Source: Cycas panzhihuaensis (Eukaryota; Plantae; Cycadophyta). Taken from it: DNA of 64,000 nucleotides. The translations under genes and the position numbers were made by a program. This document shows, piece by piece, positions 1 to 11,309 of the stretch (position 1 is the first letter of the stretch; the number at the start of each line of letters is the position of its first letter). A model generated the notes under the pieces. That model saw only the letters and a program-made list of their open reading frames with translations, did not search any database and had not been told where the DNA came from. The stretch lies in the NCBI GenBank assembly GCA_023213395.1, contig CM041465.1, positions 102,121,741-102,185,740 of the forward strand. Reading direction: 5' to 3'.

Positions 1-800
1 ATAGGATACTACTGGCCATTATTGTGTAAGGATGCTCATGCATACACTCAAAAGTATGAGAAGTGTCAATCTCATGTTGCTCTTATACATCAACTTGTTT
101 AAGCCCTTAACTTCATCGTGTCGCCTTGGCCATTTTCTCAATGGGGACTTGACCTCATAGATCAAAACTTTTCCCCATCCTTAGGTGGTCATAAATTCAT
201 TTAAATTACCACTAAGTATTTTACAAAATGGAGTGAAGCCATTCCCCTAGTCTTTGCTACTAGTAAGGTTGTCGTTACTTTTATTTTTCAGTAAGAGTCA
301 TACTAAGAGTTTCAGATGTTACTATTACTGACAATGGAACTCCATTTTGTAATTTCGAAGTAGTACAATTATGTGAGAAATTTCATATTACTTATCGACT
401 CTTAGCTCTCTACCACCCTCAAGCTAATGGAGAAGTTGAAGCTTTTAATAAAACATTAGCTAAGATTTTGGCTAAGACACGATTGGCATGTTCAGTTGTT
501 CCCTACATTATGGGCTTATCGTACTTATGTTAGGAACATAATTGGGATGATACATTTCTCTTTAGTATACGAAGGTAAGGCTATTTTGCCTTTAGAGATT
601 GAAATACCATTTTTATGTGTATATTTGAAAGATTTTACTAACGAAGAATTTTAAAGAGAAGCTCATCTTTTAGAGTTGGAGAAAATGGATGAAACACACT
701 TAGCCACTCTTCAAAATAACTTTACTTTAAAAACTAGAGCTCAGCTAGCCCATGATAGATAATTAAGACCTCATAAATTTTGCATCAAAGACAAGGTATT
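1..800 (+). pseudogene. Gypsy (Tat-type) integrase core, frameshifted and with stops
   Basis: Manual translation gives WPFSQWGLDLI...GGHKFILITTKYFTKWSEAIPL...ITDNGTPF...HPQANGEVEAFNK...LWAYRT...AILPLEIEIP. Confidence 0.9.
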
Positions 801-1000
801 TGTTAAAGATAATGTTTTATCTAGGACATTAAGTTATAAATTAAAGAGAGTTGTGTTATTCCCTCTTCTTTGCAACAGTGACAAGTGACAGACAAGTGAC
901 TTATATGTAGTAAGCGGTTACAATTCATTTGACATATTTATAGAGAGCTCATCTTTCGCATAATCAATAAACTTTCTTTGTTATGAATAGAATTCTTTCA
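801..1000 (+). repeat. CopA 5' LTR (200 bp)
   Basis: TGTTAAAGATAATG...AATTCTTTCA, direct repeat of 5823-6023 (about 30-35 differences counted by eye, mostly transitions). Confidence 0.95.
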
Positions 1001-1012
1001 TGGTATTAAAGC
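1001..1012 (+). promoter_or_regulatory. CopA primer-binding site (tRNA-iMet type)
   Basis: TGGTATTAAAGC directly after the LTR, versus consensus TGGTATCAGAGC. Confidence 0.85.
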
Positions 1013-1718
1013 AGACAGTCTGATTAGGGTTTTTGAAGTCAGAAATAGTCTACTGTTTTATGTTTGGTTAAGTCCTTAGAGGAGTTTATGAAGACAGACA
1101 AAGAAGTGTCTTTTCTTAGAGAAGTTTGTAAAGATAAATGCAGAAACAAAGAAAATTTGCAATTAAACAACTGTGTATAGATGATGTACAAGCTTGTACA
1201 GACATAAAAAATTTGAAGTGCGCAGATCTTGCTAAAAATTTACCAGTAGGTGTGCCTTAGTATGTTATTTTCTTTAAAAGGATTGATTACAAACAAGTTC
1301 GTCTTCAAGAAGTTTTGCCCTATTTTTACTAGGCACAAGTTTTGAAGTTCTACTATAGATTTCTAATTCTTTGCTCTATCGTTCTGGGTAATACCAGTCA
1401 CGATCTCTTCCCTTATTAATTGTGCTTCATTTAAATATGATATCGAAGATCTTAGCTGAGTTTTTTGCAAGCTATAAGCATTTTTCTCCAAAAACCCTAG
1501 CGTACTTTTTATTTTTCGACTCAAATTCTGAGCAAATTGAACTTGATCTCCCCAAGCATTTTATATATTCAAAAACCTTGTTTCAAGATCTTTCTTTTGC
1601 ACATACTTTTATTCTCATTTGTATAACTATCCTTTTGTATGAAATTATGTATAGTTGTATGACCAACTTGTTAAAAGCTCTGAAAAGCCTTTTGATACCT
1701 TCAGACTCATTTACTGAA

Positions 1719-4700
1719 ATGGTGTCCTCCATTCTTGCTTTGAATGATGAAGATAAATTGACTGAAATGAGCTATTTTGCGTGGAAAATTAAGGTTGAAA
1801 CCTTGTTGAGGACAAAGAATGCTTAGAATATAGCCACAGGGAGAGGAAAAAGGCCGAACGATGTCTCTGATCAACCCATCTGAGATGAAAGAAATAATTT
1901 AGGGGTAATAATTTTGAAATTATCCATCTTAGATCTTATTTTAGTATATGTTAAAGGGTTGAACTCTTGTGAAGATATTTGGAAAGTGTTTGCCAATCTC
2001 TATAGCCAGGGAAATGAAGCTAGGTTTGTTGCCTTAAAGGAGGCATTATACAAATTACACATGAGAGAAAAAGAAAGTATTTCATAATTCATTCATAAAG
2101 TGACCTCAATCAGAAATGATTTAGTTAGTGCTAGATCCAATCTGCCTAAACAAGAACTTATGCAAATTATTATAAACAAGCTTCCAAAGTCATTCGATAA
2201 CATGGTAAATTTCATAACTAATAATGATTAGAGTACAACTACTTCTCTTGAAACATTAACAAGACTTCTACTCAGACATGAACAAGGAAACAAGAGATAC
2301 GAAGAAGAGACAAAGATTGAAGAAGCCTTCCTGTCCAAACTCAGCTTTGGTCCTAGAGGATGAGGATAGTCATCTTCGAGAGGTCAAGGAAGGGCTTTCG
2401 ACACTAGAAGTCAATCCAGAGAAAGATGGCAAAAGAACAGAGGCATAGGATGATCAATTCCACCAAGAAACTCCAAAGTCAACTTCAATTGCAAAAAACT
2501 CGGGCACTTTTCTAGCAGTTACAGAGCATTCGATGTTTGCTATCATTATGGGCAAGGAGGTTACTTTCCTTATCAATGTTCTCGGAGAAGAGTTGATATT
2601 TAAAGAGGGAAAAGACTCGTCGAAAACTATAGTAAAGAATAGAACAACTTCGAAGGAAATGAAAAAGAGGAAATTGCATTCATAGTCATACTTATTGCCA
2701 GCCTTAAAGACGAAATATTTGGTATATCGTTCGTGAGCATTCAATCATATGACAGGTCACAGAGAATGGTTCAAATCTTTGGAGCCCTACTCTTTCAATA
2801 AATCAGTAGAGTTAGAGAACAAATATCCACTTAACATTCAAGGCATTGAAATGATAACATTTGAGATGAAAGGAAAAGTGCAAAAAAATGGTAACATTCT
2901 CTTTGTTCTGGGCTTACAGAAAAATCTTCTCTTAGTTTTTCAACTTAGGAAGAAAAGCTGAGGACTATCTTCGACGAGAATGGGTTCTACCATATTTTAG
3001 ACATGAAAAATTAAGGCATTGTAATTGCTAAAGGTATAGAAAGCAATGACCTCTATAAATTACTTTCTAATTCTATCATTACAAAAAGTGATATAAAAGT
3101 TTTGTTGTTGCAAATATTAATAATAATAAACTCTGGCATTTGATGTATGGGCATATCTCCTTTGATAGATTAAAATTTTTGAAAAATTTAGATATGGTTG
3201 ATGGACTTCCAAGCATGACATTTCATTTTTTTGTCTGTAAAGGTTGTTTATTTGGTAAACAACATCGTTTTCCTTTTCAAAGAAGTAAATGTTGTGCACA
3301 AAGCAAACTAGAGTTAGTGTATTATGATATCTATGGGCCTATTACCCCAAGTTCAATCAATCGGGCTAGATACTTTCTTATATTCATTGATGATTTTTCC
3401 AGGAATGTTTGAATACACTTTCTCTATAATAAATTCGAAACATTTGATAAATTTAAAGAATTCAAGGCTAAAGCAGAACTAGAATGCGAAAATAAATTAA
3501 AGTGTATCAGGTCTGATGGAGGAGGTGAGTATACTTCAAAAGAATTTCAGTTTTTCTGCAAGACTCATGGGATATTTGACAAATCACGACTCCCTACACT
3601 CCTCAATTCAATGGTATAACTGAACAGATGAATAAAACCATTATGGAAATGGCTTGGAGTTTGATCCAAGATAGACAAATTTTAAAAATTTACTGGCCAG
3701 AAGTTGTAAATACAACAATTAATTCGATAAATCGAAGTCCAACTCAAGCTTTGAATAAGGTAACTCCAAAAGAAGCATGGACAGGATACAAACCTGATGT
3801 GACTAATCTAAAAATCTTCGGTTGTCAAGCTTTTATTCATATTCTTGATAAGAGGATATCAAAACTTGAATGTGAAAGTATAGAATGCATAATGATAGAC
3901 TACAGTAAAAATTCAAAAATTTATAGATGCATAGAACTAAAGACAAAGTCAGTCTATGTAAGTAGGGATATTATTTTTAATGAGCAAGACATTGTTACAA
4001 GTCTAATAATATATCGAGACATTGAAATGTCTACAAGGGAATCTCACGCAGAAATCCCTCTACTTGAAGACATATCTAGAATCATATTTGAAGATATAGA
4101 AATAGAGGAAGAGGAACAATTAGAAAGAGGTCCTTCACTCCCTAGAAAAACAAGTCCTAAAGAAGAAGAAAGTGGGACTTCCTTTAGAAAGATACTTAAA
4201 TGGTATCTTAAAATAACTGAAGAAGCTAAAGTTGACATATTTGATCACAGAACCATGTCCTAGAAACATGGAGCTCTACTTTGTTCAGTTGAACTTCAGT
4301 TATATGAAGAAGCAAATTAACATGCTGAGGGAAATCAATAATGGATACAAAAATGGAATCCATCTCTAAGAACAAAACTTGGGAACTAATTGAACCACCT
4401 ACAGGCAAACCAATTGTCAATTGTAAGTGGGTGTATAAAATAAAAGAGAACTCTGATTACAAAATAGAGAAATATAAAACAAGATTAGTAGCTAAGGGCT
4501 ACGCTCAAACTACATGAATAGATTATGATGAAATCTTCTCTCTAGTAGTAAAATTAAATACTGAGGATGGTAGTCGCCTTAGCTGCACAATAGAATTGGA
4601 AAGTTTATTAGTTAGATGTAAAAAGTGCCTTCTTAAATAGAGACCTTGAAGAAGAAGTATACATGTATCAATAAGAAGGGTATATTCAAAGCAGACAAGA

Positions 4701-5800
4701 AAATTTTATATGTAAGTTAGAGAAAGCCCTATATGGGCTAAAACAAGCTCCAAGGGCCTCGTATACCAAGTTGAACAAGTATCTCATTCAAAATCATTTC
4801 TAAATATATGAACTAGATCTTAATTTGTATGTGAAAGAAAAAAAGGATTGATTATAATAATTGTCGTATATGTAGATGACATGCTTCTTACAGGTAGTGA
4901 CACATAAGCCATCACAACCATAAAGGTTCAACTGGAAAAAGGGTTTGAAATGATTGACTTGGGACTTTTAAATTATTACCTTGGTATAAAAATAAAACAA
5001 AAGGAGAATTCAATCACCTTATCACAAAACAAATATATCAAAGATCTTCTAAATAAATTCAAAATAAAAGATTGCAATAGTTATGTAACTCCAATGGAAA
5101 TAGGCTGTGATTTGACTCCATCTACAGAAGAAGCTTCAGTCGACATAACTCTGTAGAGACAATTAGTTGGAACTTTGATCTATCTTACTGCCACTAGACC
5201 TAACATTTCATATTTTGTCAGAGTAATTTTCAGGTACATGCAGGATCCAAAATTACTATATTAGAAATCAACTAAAAGAATACTCAGATATTTGAAAGGC
5301 ACTTTAGATCTGAATTTTTTATATATAAGAAATAAATTGAGAAAATTGGTTAGATACAATAATTTTGATTGGGCAGGAGATAAAGAAAAAAAGAAATCTA
5401 TAAGTGGTTACTGTTTTCTTCTTGGTTCAACAACAACATCTTGGAGTAACAAATGACAACCAATTGTTGCCTTATCATCTATAAATGCATAATACAAATC
5501 ATTAGTCAGTGCATTCTGTGAAGTAGTATGGTTAAGGCAGTTGTTATCATATCTAAATTAGTAGCAAAGTGGACCAATAACACTCTTCTGTGATAATCAA
5601 AGTAGAATAAAGATGACAAAGAGTCTAATCTTCCATGCACGAATCAAACACATTAAAGTACATCATCACTTCATTCGAGAGAGTGTAAAACAAGGAGATA
5701 TATTTAATGCATTGTATAACAAGTGAACAACTTCCAAACATCCTGATTAAACTTCTCAGTAAAGACAAGTTTCAATTTTAGAAATAGGCTTGGCTTAAGA
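1719..5800 (+). pseudogene. CopA gag-pol (Gag, CCHC knuckle, protease, integrase, RT, RNase H), many stops and frameshifts
   Basis: SYFAWKIKVETLL (gag), MTGHREWF (protease region), GHISFDRL...CKGCLFGKQHR...FIDDFSR (INT), CKWVYKIK...KTRLVAKGY, VYVDDMLL, DLGLLNYYLGI (RT), KHIKVHHHFIRE (RH). Confidence 0.92.
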
Positions 5801-5822
5801 TAGATAAAACATTAAGAGAGGA

Positions 5823-6023
5823 TGCTAAAGATAATGTTTTATTTAGGACATTAATTTATAAGTTAAGAGGGTTATGTGTCATTCCCTTTTCTGTGTAATA
5901 GTGACAAGTGGTAGACAAGTGGCTTACATGTAGTAGGCGATTACAATTCATTTCATGTATTTATAAAGAGACCATCTCTCACATAATTAATGAGCTTTCT
6001 TCATTATGAACAAAATTCTTTCA
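5823..6023 (+). repeat. CopA 3' LTR (201 bp), preceded by PPT AAGAGAGGA (5814-5822)
   Basis: Direct repeat of 801-1000, followed by TSD GTATT. Confidence 0.95.
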
Positions 6024-6196
6024 GTATTAAAACTTGAATATTTATATAACAAACAACGGAAGTTTGCTTCTAAGTGGATAGGACCTTACCTAGTTGTTGA
6101 GGATCTTGAGAATGACACTTATTGTATTTCCACTCTTAAGGGCTAAAAACTCTAAAGGTCGATTAATTTGTAATTCTTACGAAGTTTTATGCTTAG
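6024..6196 (+). pseudogene. C-terminal GPY/F module of the E1 integrase, resuming after the CopA insertion
   Basis: KFASKWIGPYLVVEDLENDTYCISTLKG; joins ...KDKV (before 801) when CopA and one TSD copy are removed. Confidence 0.85.
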
Positions 6197-7514
6197 GAAC
6201 TAAAGCATTGTTTACTCTACAATAAGGGTAAATTACGGCTTTGAAACCTATATTGTCTGCCTAAACTAGGGATGATTGTTTTTTCTCTCCTTTTGTAACT
6301 ATCACTTCTATACATTTATAGTTTCCCTCTTCTTCTACTTTCACTTTTAGATTAAGTTTAAAGCTTTCTTGCATATGAATCATTTTTAGTGACCATGTAT
6401 GACTACTATCTCTTTATTAGGCATAAGCATTGGTCATTATGCATACACTTTTATCTCATTTACTTTGATCGAAGTATTCTTAGTCTTATCTTCTAAGTCT
6501 CAATCTTAGGAGAGAAATAAGGCCCTAACTCTACTTATTAAGGCAAAAATCAGGTCTAGAGTTTAGATAGTTAGCTTCTATTGATGCATGAAATATCTTA
6601 CTCTCTTTATATCCTCACTTATTAGTGTTGGAACTTGGTTTACTTGTAGATCATTCACATATGCTTATTTGAACTTGTGTTTGATATGATTCTTGGTATC
6701 CTCTCACTATATTCCTAAGATTAATTCTCATTTTACTACCTTTTCTTTATACTAAGAGATATTGTGATTTAGAGATCCTTCCTTTTCTTGTGGTTTAGCC
6801 TTCAAGGAGTTTAGTTCATGATTTTCATTTCTTTGATTTCGTTAAAAAGGTCACCCTCGCTATAGTTTAGAAGGATATTTCATTATTAGGTTAATCATCA
6901 GTTACTCATGACTGTTTATCCTTTTTCTCATCATCTTGTCTTCGTAGAAATCATGTGGCAATTGTAGTTAAGTTAATGAATGAGTATCTTCTAGAAAGAG
7001 GATTTAGTAATGCTTAGTTCACCATGACCCTCGTTTGAATTGTTGTATGGAATGATATAGTCAATAGTATTTATTTAAAAGAAAATAAAATTAAGAAAAA
7101 GAAAGTAAAAATGAAAGTTAAAAAAGTTTTAAAAAAGTAAGTAAAAGTTGTCTGTTTATCTTTTGCACCCTGTTGTTATTTGGAACAAGTCGTGTGATGG
7201 CTTCGTCTCCACTTGCATTTACTGTAGGTTGGGTTCATTTGGGTGCATCATTTAGGACTTTCAGATCTAGTTGTTTGGGTTCATCGTGGCCTTAGTTATG
7301 ATCGAAACTTGCTAGACACCTTTGTAGTCTATGCTCTCATGTATATTTGGGGTGATATTCTTACAGTGAGGAAACTTAATAATAAATATATCTTTTTTGC
7401 ATTTTATAGTCAAAACAAAATTTCTTGTATAGAAACCAATTCCTCATAGGTTGATTCCTGCATCTTCCCATATCTATTACATTGTCTTTGAGCATTAATC
7501 CTTTTTTACTATAG

Positions 7515-7930
7515 GATTGAGCAGACATATTGATGGAAGTAGTAGGGGTAATCTAGACCGTCTACTGCTGCATGGATAGTGCATGATCAACTAGGCAATT
7601 TCTTAACTTCTGTTGGCAAGTTTTTACCTTAGGTAACTAATAACGAGGCTGAATACATTGTAATTATAGAAGCTCTCATAGATGTCTTATATTTTTATCA
7701 TGGTTTTATTTATCTTTATTTTGATTCTCAAGTAGTGTTCCTTTAACTTGTTAGTGTTTATTGCGTTCATTCTCCCAGGTTGCATTCTCTTCATAATCAG
7801 GCTTTGTTATTATTGTCTTAGTTTTCTTCAGTTACCATTCAACATGTCTTATGTGATCAAAATATGGAAAAGCTTATTCTTTAATCTCGTATATCTTAGA
7901 GCACCATCACTTGTGACCTCCTCTCTTACG
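7515..7930 (+). pseudogene. Additional (archaeal-type, aRH) RNase H of E1, downstream of integrase
   Basis: IDGSSRGN..AAWIVHDQLGNFLTSVGKFL..VTNNEAEYIVIIEAL...YFDSQVV shows the D-E-D catalytic motifs of RNase HI. Confidence 0.8.
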
Positions 7931-8869
7931 TTGGGGGCAACACTATGAAATGAGTATAAACTAACATGTAAATATCATCACCAAAGCATAATAAGGGTCA
8001 TTATAAACACATTTAAAACATTATGGAACCAACACTACAAAGGGAGGAAAGGGGGGAGTAGGAGTTAGAGCCAATAATTTTTTATGTATTCACAATTTAA
8101 AAAAGCAATATCATGGTCTTGTAGTTTCCATGGGCGTGTGTAACTAAACCTACTCACATCCCTATGCCTATAGAACAAACTCGTCTCCCTCCCCTCTTGA
8201 CTCTCTTCCCATGTACATGCTCATGCTTGTGAGGGATGATGAGAGCTATCCTATCCCCCCCTGTATGACGACTATGTGAATGGTTGTGTCCTCTCTCTCC
8301 TATGAGGATCATGTCTACCCTACTGTATGCTCATGTTGTCTAAAGGAGTTATGCCGTCGCTCGTCTGTAGGATAGTTATCCTACACAAATATTGTTGCTC
8401 ATCCTCAACAACTTATAACTTAGCCTCTCGTATGCCAAGTTGCCTTACCACATCTTAGTACATGTTTTGCACTCGAATAATAGGAGCAAAACACTCAATA
8501 AGGGGGGCTAACAATACTTAGTCATTGTCCTACCAAACATGGTGCTCCTCTGAAGGGAACACATAAGGGTGTATATCGAGGATCCTCCTCACTTCGATAA
8601 GCTTTATCATCCCCCCGCCCCCCCACACATATATATATAATCAATTCATACTTAAAAAAAAATAAAATTAAAAAGACCATCTAATAATCTAGATTGAATT
8701 GGCGTTTAATAAATAAAATACAAGTGAAATTATATTAACTAGTCATTGGGGAATCTCTTCCCCTCCACCATCAGCTTCTATGGCTCCATGACTACCATTA
8801 GAGTTGATATCTATACTATGAGTAGGAGAGTTACCTCCTGTTGCTCCCTTTACCTCTACGCTAGCCTCT

Positions 8870-9866
8870 CATTCTCCTCCTGTAACATCACCCCCACCTA
8901 GCTCACCCACTCCCTTTAGTGGTGCAACAACACTTACTCTCCTATCACCATGTACTCTTGCCTCACTTGCACCTCGTCCTCTACCTCTAGGTACAAGAGG
9001 TGATCTTCTTGCTACTATCCTCTCAATATAATCAACCTCATCATCTATCCATGCCTGCATCCTATCATAGAGATTAGGAACCAATTGGTTCCTCATGATC
9101 CTACTTAAAAGAGAGCTATATATGCTCCTAACCACCACTACTAGTCTATTATGGACACACATGGTAGGGTCCATGATATTTAACTCATCTGGCACTCTAA
9201 CTAGTCTCATCAAAGGGATATGGTCATATAATTAGCATATAAGATAGAGTTATAAGAAAACCCTCCACGCTCATGTCTGAGGATGTGACTCAACTGTTAA
9301 TCCATAATGTCAAGGATGAAGCTACCCCAATTCATTCGAGTGCCTGCCTCACACTGTCTAATAATGCTTATCCACTGAGCTGAAACCCTTATGAAATTTT
9401 GCATTTTAGTAATCAGAATATTATAATATTTGCCAACACTTTCCTAAGTATTAGAAACCCCTCTTCGATTCTCATGGCCCTCCAATAAGATCCCATGGGC
9501 ACCAAATTGGTCTACGAACCCTGTTAAGTATTGGCTACAAGCGTCTTAAGACTCCTTATCTATCATCCAATTCAACTAGATCTTTGCTCAATGTTAGCTT
9601 ACTTCAAGAATCCTCTCTATATCTCTGGGAGTAATCCAGATGTCTCTGATACCACATACTTTGAATATTCAATCTGCAGGTACCCATAAGCTAACAAAGT
9701 CCTCTAGTATCTCATACTCCATCACTAATTGAATGGAGCGACTAACTGTTGCCAACCCACACTGATCTAGGACCTGCCAATCAGCAACTAATAGGGCTCT
9801 AATAAAAGGCTCTATTGCCCATTCCTCATTCTCCTGTATATCAAGTCTCTCAAGTGGCTGCATCAC
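8870..9866 (-). pseudogene. Antisense extra ORF of E1, Plant Mobile Domain (PMD)/plant transposon protein-like
   Basis: LEDFVSLWVPAD*IFKVCGIRDIWITPRDIERILEV and NWGSFILDIM resemble the PMD W-P...F...IT..D...IL and WGS..L motifs; Arg/Gly-rich C-terminus. Confidence 0.55.
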
Positions 9867-10042
9867 AAGGAAGAGAATTCAAGTTAGTCTTAATCATCAA
9901 CATTAGAAAATTTAAATATTTTTTTTTAATTATCTTAATTTTTGTAGAAAATATGGAAAGTCAACTAAAAATGTAATATATCAGTAAAAAATGTGAGAAG
10001 TTAGAGAGAAATAACATTAAACCAGTAAAAAATATGACAAAT

Positions 10043-10199
10043 CAGTCAAAGACATGATTTCTCAAAATTCTAATTTTTAAAAATCATGTTTTTAATTCAT
10101 TTGTGATGTTTTTAATTAATAAACCAGTCAAAGACATGATTTCTCAAAATTCTAATTTTTAAAAATCATGTTTTTAATTCATTTGTCATGTTTTTAATT
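10043..10199. repeat. Near-perfect tandem duplication, 82-bp unit, ~1.9 copies
   Basis: CAGTCAAAGACATGATTTCTCAAAATTC... starts at 10043 and 10125. Confidence 0.9.
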
Positions 10200-10756
10200 C
10201 ATGCTTAGGTTTTTTAATTGATAAACCTATTTTTTAAATAAAAAAATCACTTAAAAAAATTTTAACATTGTAAACTTACTAGATAGCACAAGCCATGTTG
10301 CATCTTCACTTCCCTGACTTGATGGAGCTTGTCAAGTACTTAAAATCAATCTTTGAATGCACCAAATCACAATCTTGTTGTAGAAACAACTCTTTGACTT
10401 TAACTCACTTGTAAAAATGAAGTTAAGACCCCATTTGTCTTTATAAAACGACCTTTTCATCTAAAAAGTTTTTATTTTTCTTTTCAAATTTACTCCTTTT
10501 AGATAGTCACATTTTATAAGTGTCGTGATCTTTAGGTCCTTATTTATCTCATAAGGATTTTTTATACTTTGATTCACCCTCTTCTTGGCTTTTTCTTGTC
10601 ATTTATAAGGCAATTAAAGTTGAGATGGATAAGAGATTTGCCCAGAGGTTGATCTTTCAACTCCTATATTGTTTATAATTTATATGATCAATTTCTGATT
10701 CTTGTTTTAAATTCTATCTCTGTTTCAACTTTTGGGCTTCCTTGAGGACATTAAAA

Positions 10757-10940
10757 CTCCAAAAAGTTGCTTACTAAAGAGCTTAAACGGTGGTAGTCCA
10801 CTCTATAATGAGGGTAAACTAAATCTCTAAAAAGTCACCTACTAAAGAGCCTAAACTATGGCAATTTGCTTCGTAATAAGGGTAAACTAATGCTTCAAAA
10901 AATCACTTGCTAAAGAGCTTAAACTATAGCAATCCCCATC
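10757..10940. repeat. Tandem array (~69-bp unit, ~2.6 copies) in the E1 3' UTR
   Basis: Recurring AAAAAGTCACYTACTAAAGAGCYTAAACTATGG...TAATRAGGGTAAACTAA. Confidence 0.8.
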
Positions 10941-11309
10941 ACGTACTTGTGTTGGGTGCTTTCCTCCAAATTCTTGTAATCCCACCCATTCAAGGGATGT
11001 GAAAATGGTCACTAATGAGAGAAAACTATGGTGACCATCCCCTTGGAAGCACTGCTAATAGGGTTAAACTATGTTAACTTCTCTTTTATCAAAGTCCCAT
11101 CAATGTGATGGGTAATCGTGTCATACCTAAATTTAATCGGAGTTTCAAATTAGTTCTTTCTATCCATCACGTTATACATAGTTCCCTCATCTAAAATTAA
11201 CTTTCATCTTGACATTAAAAAAATAAAAAACAGTCTCGACTCTAGATTGCCACTAATCACCACCTTGCTTTCAATTCAAAGCAAGAGGTTCTAGTGATAA
11301 GGGGACAAA

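Larger units (their letters stand above)
801..6023 (+). mobile_element. CopA: full-length but decayed Ty1/copia LTR retrotransposon
   Basis: TG...CA LTRs of ~200 bp at both ends; perfect 5-bp TSD GTATT (796-800 and 6024-6028); PBS, PPT; GAG-PR-INT-RT-RH order. Confidence 0.95.

Noticed and set aside
1422-1826. 134-aa ORF as a host gene
   Set aside because: GTG-started read-through of the CopA leader into the gag N-terminus
9643-9654. Minus-strand TGGTATCAGAG, a perfect PBS-like motif
   Set aside because: No adjacent LTR end; it lies in frame within the PMD-like ORF (CGIRD), so probably chance
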